Part shown: piece after piece, positions 50,575 to 61,310 of the stretch
How positions within the stretch are numbered: the stretch's first letter is position 1
Layout: each line of letters starts with the position of its first letter
NCBI GenBank assembly: GCA_964016885.1
Contig: OZ024741.1
Coordinates: 223,448,001-223,512,000, forward strand
Source: Eledone cirrhosa
Lineage: Eukaryota
Direction: 5' to 3'
DNA: 64,000 bases
Program-made: the position numbers and the translations under genes
Notes under the pieces: model-generated
Database searches by the model: none
What the model saw: only the letters and a program-made list of their open reading frames with translations
Told to the model about the DNA's origin: nothing

Positions 50575-51645
50575 CAGAACCCAGATCCCCTCAGGGAAAT
50601 GGCCTTGCTCAGTATGTAGGAAAGGTGTAGGTAGGAACTCCATTCTCTGCCCCAAATGCAAACAATGGGAACACAAGAGATGTAGTGGGATCTCAGGAAG
50701 CTTAACTAAGAATGTAGGCTTCACATGTAGCAGCTGCACTGGGACAGCAAGCAGCAAACACCCACAGGAAACAAGTACCACCAAACTCTGGGAGGGCTCT
50801 GTAGAAAGAGTAGACAGCTTCTGCTACCTAGGTGACCGAATTAGCAGCGGAGGTGGGTGTTCAGAAAGTACAATAACTAGGGTAAGAACGGGATGGAAGA
50901 AGTTCAGGGAGCTACTGCCACTGCTAGCTGCAAAAGGTTTTTCCCTCAAAATGAAAGGCAGACTGTATGATGTGTGTATATGAACAGCAATGTTACATGG
51001 AAGTGAGACCTGGGCACTGTCTGTAGAAGACTTGCCTAGATTAGAAAGAAACGAAGCCTGCATGCTCTGAGGGATGTGTAATAGTAATATACGTGAACAG
51101 CAAAGCATAAATGAATTAAGCATAAGAGGAATCAAATGCTGTGTGCAGGAGAGGCGGTTGCGTTGGTATGGACATGTGATGCGTATGAAGGATGACAGCT
51201 GCATAAAAAGGTGCAGAGCACTAGAAGTCGATGGAAACCACAGAGTGGATAGACCCAAGAAGACCTGGGATGAGGTGATAAAAGCCGACCTTACCCAATT
51301 ACACCTCTCAAAGGCGATAACACACGACCGTGACCTCTGGCATCACGCAGTAATACAGAAGACTCGACCCCCCATGGGTACAAGCTGAAGCTGAAGCATA
51401 TACACAATATGCCCCCACACCCTCCCACTGCAAAGTGGTCGTGGAGGTGCCACAGCAAAAAAGCACCCAGCACTCACTGTAAATGAGGTTGGTGTTAGGA
51501 ATGGCATCCAGCTGTAGAAATCAAGCCAGAATCAGTTCCCGTATGAGCAAGGCATGGTCAGCCGACTGGACACTGCCCACAACAGGACAACCCATCTAAC
51601 CCATGCTAGCGTGGAAGAACGGACATAAAACGGTGATGATGATGA
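50575..51645 (+). mobile_element. RTE family 2 (subfamily b) 3' fragment
   Basis: GKWPCSVCRKGVGRNSILCPKC, FCYLGD, RRLRWYGHV; tail ctaacccatgctagcgtggaag...(gat)n. Confidence 0.9.
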
Positions 51646-52403
51646 CATCTAAGGACAGTGATTATTTATATACACTGCAGTGTTTTATATACACAGAGAG
51701 TATCAAGGTTATATATTCAGACTATTCACTTTTCCATGCTTTCATAGGTTGGATGGTTCTTTTCCAGCACAGCCTCCCTCCACACGCTGCATTCCTTTGT
51801 CAGAGGTAGACACAGGCTCCGTAAGCCACAGGGAACACAGCCCATCTAGGAGAACCATCACTCTGAATATACACGACTTCACAAAGTAGACATGGATTCT
51901 GCAAGTCATAACAAAGGCAACCCTTCGAAGAGAACAGTCACTCTGAATAAAGACTGATACTCTTCATCCCTGTCAGGCAACTTCTCTAGAGCTGGTGGCA
52001 CAATAAAAAAACACCCAGTCTGTGCTGTAAAGTGGTTGGTGATAGGAAGGGCATCCAGCCAGAAAAACCCTACCAAAATTTATAGCAAGCACAACTTATA
52101 ACACTCACACTATACTCTATACCTGTTTGACATTTCCAACACCATTTATCAATTCAGTGCATTTTCATTTAAATGTTCGTCATTGATTTTGTAAAACCTT
52201 GTTCAATTTTACCCCCTACACTTTGCTTCAGTACTCAAAGTGCACTATTAGTATTCACACTAGAGTAGTCATCTCTCCATAATATGTCTGCCATAGCCTT
52301 TGGTTCTTGGTTACTTTATTTCAGCAAATTTCTCAAACATTTTGTTTTCATTTGTCATGTGTGTCTGTGTTTTAAAATATTTCTACTTCTGCTTGTTTCA
52401 CAG

Positions 52404-53546
52404 AAAAAAACATATGAGAAGCCACCAATGAATAGTTCTTCCTCTGATCTGAATAAGGGTGATAAAAAAAATGCACAAAAAATGTCCAATACAAATGATC
52501 TAGATGCTGCAGATACAGTATTGATGTCTGAAAGTAATGGATACACAAACAAACCACGAGAAGTGAAAAAGGAGGGGGAGAATAAGAAGAAGGAAACGAG
52601 GTTAATGACTGAGGGCGATGAACAAGAACAGAAGATAACTGAATTGATTGAACAGACAGAAACAGACAGCAAACATGTAGAAAAGAAAAATAAGAAAACA
52701 GAGATAAATAGTGTAAATGATGAAGTGAATAATAGGAGTGAGAAAACAAAATCAAGGGAAGGCATGCCAAAGATGTCATCTGACGGTCTGAACGAAGCGT
52801 TTAGTGAGAAGGAAATGGCTGAACTGAAACAGAAACAAGATGAGGAACGTAAAAGGAAGGATATGCTGCTAGCAAAGTTAAAGGAAATTGATAATAACAC
52901 TGAAATATCATTGAAGTCTGAAAGAATGTTTTCTAATGATGACATATTGATTAAAAGTGATAACAAAACACACTACTCCTTCTCAAAGAAGACTGAGAAC
53001 CTTCACCAAGGTCGTCCAGTGAATGAACATAACCCTGATAGGAGAAATTCTCCATTAATATTAAGCAAATTCTCTGAAAAAGCCACACCATTAGAAACCC
53101 CAAAAGATTTATTTACTTTGAAGAAGAAGGACAATTTGCTTGAAGATTTGTTTACATCAGACTTATCACTGGCTCCTGATAAACCTCTCGGTGAGTCTAA
53201 AGGAGACAGCGGAAACACAGAACACACTAAATGGAATCAAAAACCAAATGGAAAGAAGAACAAGAGTGATTTTTTCAATGAGTTATTTGAAGACCCTACT
53301 GAAAATATGACAAGTGATAGTGAGTTTTTCAGTTTTAACCATCGCAATGGAGATTTAAATAATATTGGTTCTTCTGAACCAACAGTCTGGGATGTTGGTA
53401 GTATGTTGAGAAATGATAACAAAAATAATGAAAACCATTCCACAAAGCTGCTGCCATCCCGTCAGCAAATGAATAGGTTTGAGAAGAGATCAACATCGGA
53501 CGCTTTAGACAATTCCATTGACAGTGTTGAAGAAATCATTCTTTGA
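52404..53546 (+). CDS. LCA5: Lebercilin gene terminal coding exon
   Basis: gtttcacag acceptor, phase 0, stop TGA ending 53546. Contains LCA5-like motifs EERKRKDMLLAKLKEID, YSFSKKTENLHQGRP, KKDNLLEDLF/KSDFFNELF and C-terminal DSVEEIIL. These point to LCA5 rather than LCA5L. Confidence 0.88.
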   Translation, partial: KKTYEKPPMNSSSSDLNKGDKKNAQKMSNTNDLDAADTVLMSESNGYTNKPREVKKEGENKKKETRLMTEGDEQEQKITELIEQTETDSKHVEKKNKKTEINSVNDEVNNRSEKTKSREGMPKMSSDGLNEAFSEKEMAELKQKQDEERKRKDMLLAKLKEIDNNTEISLKSERMFSNDDILIKSDNKTHYSFSKKTENLHQGRPVNEHNPDRRNSPLILSKFSEKATPLETPKDLFTLKKKDNLLEDLFTSDLSLAPDKPLGESKGDSGNTEHTKWNQKPNGKKNKSDFFNELFEDPTENMTSDSEFFSFNHRNGDLNNIGSSEPTVWDVGSMLRNDNKNNENHSTKLLPSRQQMNRFEKRSTSDALDNSIDSVEEIIL

Positions 53547-53651
53547 TACTGTTTCATCGGCAGCATTGTAATACCACAATATCACAGCTTATTTATTTTA
53601 TTATATTATATTGCAGAGTACCAGATGAATTTATATATTTTGGTTAAAATG

Positions 53652-53657
53652 AATAAA
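53652..53657 (+). promoter_or_regulatory. Candidate polyadenylation signal of the lebercilin gene
   Basis: First AATAAA about 105 nt after the stop codon; the AT-rich context makes chance occurrence possible. Confidence 0.45.
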
Positions 53658-54117
53658 AAAAACTCACACAAAAATACATCATTATAAAGTCATAAAGTGA
53701 TTTTTTTTAAAGAGAAAATATTGAATTACTGTGTTTACAAAAATTAAATATAAAGTGAATTATATATTTTGGGGGGTTTTCTACATTTGAAGAACAATGC
53801 TCTACACATATCATACATGTTATATTTATTGTTATGTATAAAATATATACCATATTACAATAAATCATTTCACTTGTATAGATTGTTTTGTTTTGTACCA
53901 TGGTTACATACATGAGTGTTATAATTATTACTAGAATAGTACTCATCAAAAATGATGGGGTTTATAGTAAAAAAATATTTAATTTTTTTATTACGACATT
54001 CAAGGTAAAGATATTTGAATCCTCAATTTTCCTTGCCACTCTGACCATCACCATATTTTATTTTATATTGATTGAAATTGATTACAATTGATATCAATGC
54101 TTATTAATATAATACGT

Positions 54118-54682
54118 ATTTGGGAACAAAGATTGGGAATACGGAAGATGATGTGGTGGAGAGGAAGAGCAAAGCCTGGGCAGCGTGCCACAGCTTGAGA
54201 TCAGTGTGGAAGTCGGACTTTCGTAAAGACCTGAAGATCCGCCTCTTCGTTGCTGTAGTGGAGTCTGCTGCTGTATGGGTCGGAGACTTGGACACTGACC
54301 AAGAAACTCACTCAGATGGTGGATGGGTGCTACACGAGAATGCTGAGGATGGCTCTAAACATTAATCAGTATACACTGAGGATGAAGAACTCAGAGCTGT
54401 ACGGGAACCTCCCAAAAGTCAGCTCAAAAGTGACATAGAGAAGATTTAAGTTAGCTGGACATGCTCACCGACATCCAGAGTTGACACTGCACTCAGTGCT
54501 CCTGTGGGAGCCTCTGCATGGACACACTGGAAAAGGAAGACCGAAGTTAACATATGTTGATGCCCTAAAGACAGACACTGGTCTGTTGGAAATGCAGGAC
54601 ATGGCAGCGATAATGAGGGACAGAGACTGCTGGAGAGAACTCGTCCATGGATCTCGGGAATTTTACCCACCCTAGATAGATA
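54118..54682 (+). mobile_element. RTE-clade LINE (family 4) 3' fragment
   Basis: KAWAACHSLRSVWKS...LKIRLF, YGSETWTL, DGCYTRMLRMALNI, LAGH..RHPE, LLWEP.HG...GRPKLTYVD. Confidence 0.85.
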
Positions 54683-54839
54683 TATGCATGTAGATATGAT
54701 ACATCAAATAAAATCGTAATTGTCGATATACACAGAAATTGAACGAAGACTGCGTTACACTGTCTTATGTAATCATTAACGTAATCCATGATACATTAAA
54801 AAAAGATATTATATATAAACTGCATTAGGAGAAAATTAG

Positions 54840-54910
54840 TGACGGAAATATATGAATGTTTATTTAAGCGATCGCTAACCGGAAGTGTTGACATTTGAAA
54901 ATTTTAACGA
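54840..54910. promoter_or_regulatory. Candidate promoter of a neighbouring gene
   Basis: Locally CpG-rich non-repeat sequence with ETS motif CCGGAAGT (54879-54886) and palindrome AGCGATCGCT (54867-54876). Confidence 0.4.
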
Positions 54911-55445
54911 AGTGAATTTTAAAATAATCCACAAAATTATTTATATTTAATCAAGAATAACAAAATTTAGTAGATAAATTATGTAATATTCATTCATTAT
55001 TTATTCAAAGTAATCCAACTTATTTTACAAACGGGATAAAAAAATATATTCTGGACGCAGTCCTGCACTCCTCTCTTTATTATAGTTTAGATTCTTCCAT
55101 ATTTTCTTTAATCATTCTAGATTACGATGACTTTGTTCTATCTATCTGTCTGTTCATCTGTGTATCTATCTATTTTCGGGTTGCTATTAGGATATGCACT
55201 TTCTTGTAGTTATTGTTGTTCTTGTCCAAAAATAGATACATTGGTAAATATACATAAATAGATAACTATAGATTGACAGTCAAACAAACAGACAAATAGC
55301 TAGAAAAGTAGGTACGTGAATATGTAGATAGATAGATATGTAGGTAGGTAGCTAGCTAGCTAGGTAGATAGGTAAGTAGACAAGCAGGTAGATCAGTAGA
55401 TAGAGAGATGTTTTTATTGTCTGAAAATGGATAAATTCATAGATA

Positions 55446-56037
55446 TGTTTCTTTATTAGCCACAGGGGCACAAAAGAAGGGGACAAATACAAAGGGGGAA
55501 GTTTACATACAATAAAAACATGTAAAATGTTATCACAAATGCAATTTAAAAAGTTAGTCGATTTTCCCCAATAGGGGGAGACAGTTTATATGGGTAACAC
55601 ATACCCCCGAAAAAATTTGCAACCCTCATCTCCAGGAGTACGAAGAGTTTGTACTCCTTTCCTCTCCTCCTCCTTTTCCTCAACCTACAGGCTGATATAG
55701 AGAGAAGGCCCATTCACTCGGGCCATTCTCACCACTTTCACCCACCTTTCATAAAACTTGCTGGGGTACAGCACCTCTCTCCATCCTGATTCTTCTTCCA
55801 AAGTGGTATTTGAAAAAAAGAATCAGTTGTTGGCCGGAGAGAAAGGTGTCTGACCTCAGCCCTTTCAACCTTGTCCACCATACAACCTCTTTCGCCATAG
55901 CTATCACACAAAGGAAAACCGCCTCTCCTTCATTTTTGAAGGAGGGTGGCGGTTTGATCATGACAATGGACTCGGTGGTCAACCGGATTGGTCCCACCCG
56001 CGACAATAGTCGTTCTACATAGCCCCACAGGTCAGTG
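55446..56037 (-). mobile_element. Tx1/L1-clade 3' fragment (second subfamily) with 13-bp TSD
   Basis: AKEVVWWTRLKGL is shared with 8451-8642; TSD aaattcatagata at 55433-55445 and 56038-56050; lies in a (TAGA)n-rich tract. Confidence 0.85.
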
Positions 56038-56186
56038 AAATTCATAGATAGATAGTTAGAGATAGCTGCTGCTCTACAACTGACCATCTTATCAACACAG
56101 ATTTAACACTAAGTAGTTGTCATATGACAGTCCAGTTATGTTTTATTATAAAGATTACTGGATTGGCAGAATTGTTAGAGCTTTAA

Positions 56187-56406
56187 CCCTTTAGCATTCA
56201 CATTACTCTATATATACTATTATATTTTCATGTTAAATGCTTTATCTCACATAATTATCTCACATAATATCAAATCTATGAGATTTTGAAAGTATTTATT
56301 TTGAGAACAATACCTTAACATCAGTTTGAGCGACTAGTTACAGCCAGTTTCAACAGAAAGAGGTAGAGAATTCTGGCCAGTTTTGGCCAGTTTGAACATT
56401 AAAGGG
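56187..56406. mobile_element. TTAA MITE inserted into the head of a SINE A
   Basis: TTAA at 56183-56186 and 56407-56410; inverted relative to 3226-3446; separates the SINE A box from its B box. Confidence 0.8.
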
Positions 56407-56941
56407 TTAAACAAAATGCCTTAAGGTATATTGTTATGGCCCTTTATGTTCTGAGTTCAAATCCTGCTAAGGTTACTTTTGCATTTTAGATAATTTTGCC
56501 ATCTTTGCTTTCAATTCAGAATACTTAGTGAGTTGCTCAACCTCTTTACTCGCAATATTTGTATTATTTGATATAACTACATCAATGATCTAACAGTATT
56601 TGTCCTCCATATTCAATATGACAATGTCCAGTCAGCAATGTTCAATTACTCTATCAGTCTGGAAATCATAATCCCAGAATATTATTGCTGTCCTACCCTT
56701 CTGCATTACTTTACAGGGCATATGCTCATACCAATTCTCTATTACTTTATTTTGGTATTTATAACACAAAATCTAATAGAGGTTCAAACAAATTTTATCA
56801 TGATAGCACTTGTATATTTTTGTGCAAGGCTGTCTCATCCACTTAGAAAGTGGGTTACATTTCCCTGCTAGCTATTATTATTATCCTCATCATTAGAGTT
56901 ATCATCATTATTATTAGTTCTTATTAATATCATAATCAGAA

Positions 56942-57895
56942 GGCGGTGAATTGGCAGTATCGGTAGAGGGTCGGACACCATGATTTGACGCATAGAGTTA
57001 CGGCCTTTGCCATTCTGAGTTCAAATCTCGCCGAGGTTAACTTTGCCTTTCATCCTTACGGGGTCGATAAAATAAAGTACCAGTAATGTACTGGGTAATT
57101 GCTGGCCTTGTGCCAATAGTAGAAACAATTAATATCATAATTAATTAAGGCAAGACAAAATACCTTTGGATATTTAGCTACTGAGTCGTATATTCTGAAT
57201 TGTAATCCTGCTGATGTCAACTTTGTTTTTCCTCCTTCCAGGGTTGATAAAATAAAGTACCAGTAATGCACTGGGGTTGTTTTATTGACTTCTGCTGCCC
57301 ACAACATTTCTGGTCATGTGCTTATGTAGGGTGGGATTGGTAGATTCATCAAAGAGTTAGAAGAAATGTCCTGGAGTATTTCCTATGGTTCTTTACACCC
57401 TGAGTTCAAATCCCACTAAAGTCAACTTTTGCTTTATATCCTTCAGAGACCACCAGTTCGGTACTGGGGTCCATTTAATTGGCTTTCCCCTTCCTTTCAA
57501 ATTGATGGCCTTGTATCAAAAGTAGAAACAATTATTATTATTAAATGAAAAAAACAATTCATTATTATTAAGGAAGTAGTGGTTTGGCAGTATAGATAGA
57601 GGGTTGGACGCCATGCTTTCCAGCATAGAGTTGTGTCCCTTTACAATCTGAGTTCAAATCCTGAGGTTAACTTTAGCTTTCATCCTTACGGGGTTGATAA
57701 AATAAAGTACCAGTAATGCACTAGGATAATTGCTGGCCTTGTGCCAATAGTAGAAACAATTATTAGGGAAGTAGATTGGCAGTGTCGGTAGAGCGCCGGA
57801 CAACATGCTTCGTGGCATTGAGTTACAGCTCTTTACATTCTGAGTTCAAATCCCACCGAGGTCAGCTTTCCTTTTCATCCTTATGGGGTTGATAT
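56942..57895 (+). mobile_element. Cluster of about five SINE A copies
   Basis: Repeated tggcagtatcggtagag...ctgagttcaaatc...cctttcatcc units. Confidence 0.85.
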
Positions 57896-58242
57896 ATCAT
57901 CATTTCATCATCATTTCATTTTACGTCCGCTTTTTCCCTGCTTGCAAGGGTGGGACGGGAACTGATTCTGGCTTGATTTCTACAGCTGGACGCCCTTCCT
58001 AACACCAACCTCATTTACAGTGAGTGCTGGGTGCTTTTTTGCCGTGGCACCTCCACGACCACTTTACAGTGGAATGATAGGGACCCCAGTCCTATCATCT
58101 CATTTTTACAGCTGAGTAAACTGGAGCAACGTGAAATAAAGTGTCTTGCTCAAGGAAACAACACATCACCCGGTCTGAGAATTGAACTCACAACCTTTCG
58201 ATTGCAAAGCCAATGCTCTAACCACTAAGCCATGTGCCTCCA
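57896..58242 (-). mobile_element. CORE-like SINE family B copy
   Basis: Reverse complement of 26891-27235. Confidence 0.9.
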
Positions 58243-58291
58243 TTATAAATATATATATATATATATATATACATACATACCCACACACATA

Positions 58292-60045
58292 ACATCATCA
58301 TCATCGTTTAACGTCTATCTTCCACGCTAGCATGGGTTTAGACGGGAATTGTTCCACGTGAGATAAGATTGGTTGTCTTGCTTGTATAGGACTGTTTGGC
58401 GGGTTTTCTACGGGTGGATCCCCTTCCTAAGACCAACCACGTTTACAGTGTGGTCTGGGAGGTTTTTACCGTGTTATCTACATGGCCACATTACAGCGTG
58501 AACTGTGTGTTTTTTTTTGTCATGACACCTCATTTATTTAGGACTGGATGTTGTGGCACCAACATAACTTTACAGAGAATGGGGTGGTGTAGATGGGGGT
58601 AGGGGTAGTGAATGGGGGTGTATATTTGATTAAGAGGTGCCTACTGACTGTAGGTTTCGCTTTGTACTTAGGCAAGGCGGGTCTTCTGTATTACTACGTA
58701 GCGCCAAAGATCTTGGTTCAGTGACATTGTCTTGGAGAGGTGTAAGTATGTAAGGTCGGAATTTATCAAATCGTCACAGGTTTTTCTGGGTCTGCCTACT
58801 CCATCTATTTTGATCGCCCTGCACTTTTTTTATACAGCTGTCGTCTTTCATGTGCATCACGTGACCGTACCAACGTAGTCTTCTCTCGAGTATACAGCAT
58901 CTGATCCTTCTTATTCCTAATTTCTCACTTAGTTCATTTATGCTTTGCCGTTCATGTATATTACTATTACACATCCAACAGAGCATGCAAGCTTCGTTCC
59001 TCTCCAGTCTGCGCAGGTCCTCTGCACACAATGCCCATGTCTCACTGTCATGTAACATTGCTGTTCATATGCAGGCATCATACAGTCTGCCTTTCAGTTT
59101 TAGGGAGAAACTTTTAGCGGCCAATAGTGGTATAAGCTCTCTAAACTTTTTCCATCCCGTTCTGACTCTAGCTACTGTACTTTCAGAACACCCTCCACCG
59201 CTGCTGATTTTGTCACACAGGTAACGAAATTGAACCATCTGGGCAATGGAAGGAGCTAGTATTCTGTGGGCACTTGCTTCTACTTATTGCACCTGAGCAC
59301 TGGCCACATATAAAATCTATGTTCTTAGTTTACCTGTGATCCCACTACATCTTTTATGCACCCATACTTTGCATTTGGGACATAAAATGGAGTTTCTGCC
59401 TACTCCTTTCCTACACACTGAGCATGGCCATTTCCCAGATGGGACCAGTGCCCTATTTTCCTTCCTACATACTAGAACTTTAGTCTTAGACAAGTTAATT
59501 TTAAGGCCTTTTGATTCTAGGCCATGCTTCCAAGTTTGGAATTTCTTCTCTAGTTCAACCATTGATTCAGCTATGAGCATTAGATCATCTGCGTACCGGT
59601 CTTGAACTCCTCTGTTATAGCCTGAAGGGCAATAACAAATAGGAGGGGGCTAAGGACAGAGCCCTGATGAACACTGACTTTTACACTAAATTCTTCACTA
59701 TATTCGTTGTTAATTCTAACCTTGCCGACTGTTTCTTTATACATGGCTTGTATAGCTCTCACAAGCCATTCATCAACACCTAGTTTTCTAAGAGCCCGCC
59801 AGATAATGGAGCGGGGGACTCTGTCAAAGGCTTTCTCCAAGTCAACAAAAGCTAAGTAGAGAGGTTTACTTTTAGCTAGGTACCTCTCCTGTAGTTGTCG
59901 TACAAGGAAAAGAGCGTCTGTGGTACTTTTACCTGACATAAACCCAAACTGCATTTCATCTAGATCAATTCGCTCTCTGATTAGTTGCGCTATAACTCTT
60001 TCTGTGACCTTAATGACCTGGTCAATTAATTAATGCCTCTATAGT
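58292..60045 (-). mobile_element. RTE family 2 LINE, 5'-truncated
   Basis: MQFGFMSGKSTTDALF, AFVDLEKAFDRV, HQGSVLSPLLF, RRLRWYGHV. Confidence 0.92.
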
Positions 60046-60049
60046 CTTT

Positions 60050-60665
60050 CTGGTATTCAAACTTCTAAAATAGTTTCAGATCGTCCATAAACAGAAGATG
60101 GTTCATGAATGACCCTTGTTTTCCACATTGGTAATCCACTTTAACTATCCTAAGTGTCAGGGTTATAGGGCAATGGCAAATAGCAATGGTGAAAATGAGT
60201 CACCTTGGAAGACACCCCTTTTAATTTCTACTTCTCCAAGAAAGACATTGCTTGAGTACAACTTTGACATAATATTCAAAAGAAAATTAATGATATTGTC
60301 AGCAATAAGAAACATCTTCAGGCATTCAACAATTCAAGAATGAGGCACCATATCATATACCTTCTTAAAGTCAATCCAGGCCATAGACATGCTATACTGG
60401 TTTTATGTTTTTTTATGATTTCCCAAAATTATTTGTTTGCATTATGTCCTCTGCCTGTATATGTGATACGACAACATTTATCTTTTTTTATAACTTCATT
60501 CATCATACTCCTATCTACCATTCTCATATACCTCAGGATTTTTTTCTTCTGGAACATTCATCAACTCCATAAGCCATCTTCATAATTCAGGCAACTCATC
60601 ATCCTCTTGTATTACCATTCTCAATAATACCAGGTTTCAACCTTAAGTCTTCCTCTTGTTGAAGA
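60050..60665 (-). mobile_element. Old R4/Dong-type RT fragment
   Basis: Hand translation of the minus strand gives WIDFKKVYDMVPHS, RGVFQGDSFSPLLFAIAL, NHLLFMDDLKLF. Confidence 0.75.
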
Positions 60666-60829
60666 GGAAGGATTATTTTTTTTTTTATTCAAATCCCGCC
60701 GAGGTTGACTTTGCCTTTCATCCTTACGGGGTCGATAAAATAAAATACCAATAATGCACTGGGTAATTGCTGGCCTTGTGCCTAAAGTAGAAACAATTTT
60801 TTTATTTTTTTATTATCTTTATTGCACAT

Positions 60830-61310
60830 CATTACTGCTTTACCAAACACAGCGCTGTGCACCTTGAGTATGAGCAGTATAGTTTCTGCCGGTGTTGTTT
60901 CTGTTGTATTGATAGTATTTTTCATAATATGTTTGCAGTGCTAATAATGCTATTTTTTGTATGCTGTATATATTTGTAAGTCCTGGGGTTTTGGTTATTA
61001 TTATTATTATCATTATCAGTCTTATTTTCATTATGCATTGTCACTTCATTATCGAGCACAGTTCTGAGCACCTTGGGTATGTGCAGTGTGGATTTTGGTG
61101 GTGTTGTTTCTATTGTATTGAAGTACTCTTTGTAATATGAGTGCAGTGCCTAGCAGTGGTATTTATTGTATGTTTAAATGTATTTGTGAGTCTTAGGGTT
61201 TGGGCTATGTAACTGTTTATATGTTTTTTATCAATTCCAGGTTTCTGTTTTCATTATCCACATTCGGTTGTCGTTTTTTCATAGCTTTCAGTGCTACTGC
61301 TGGTTATTTA
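60830..61310 (-). mobile_element. Two tandem 3'-terminal fragments of R4/Dong-type elements
   Basis: Each encodes a decayed IQKIALLGTAHIL..LSIQ C-terminus and a similar short 3' UTR; separated by (ATT)n. Confidence 0.7.

Noticed and set aside
52355-52966. 203-aa minus-strand ORF
   Set aside because: Antisense shadow of the Lys/Glu-rich LCA5 terminal exon.
7041-60045. Many reverse transcriptase ORFs read as a retron, DGR or group II intron system
   Set aside because: All carry non-LTR retrotransposon hallmarks (APE or RLE nuclease, 5' truncation, repeat tails, TSDs, stops and frameshifts) in eukaryotic DNA.
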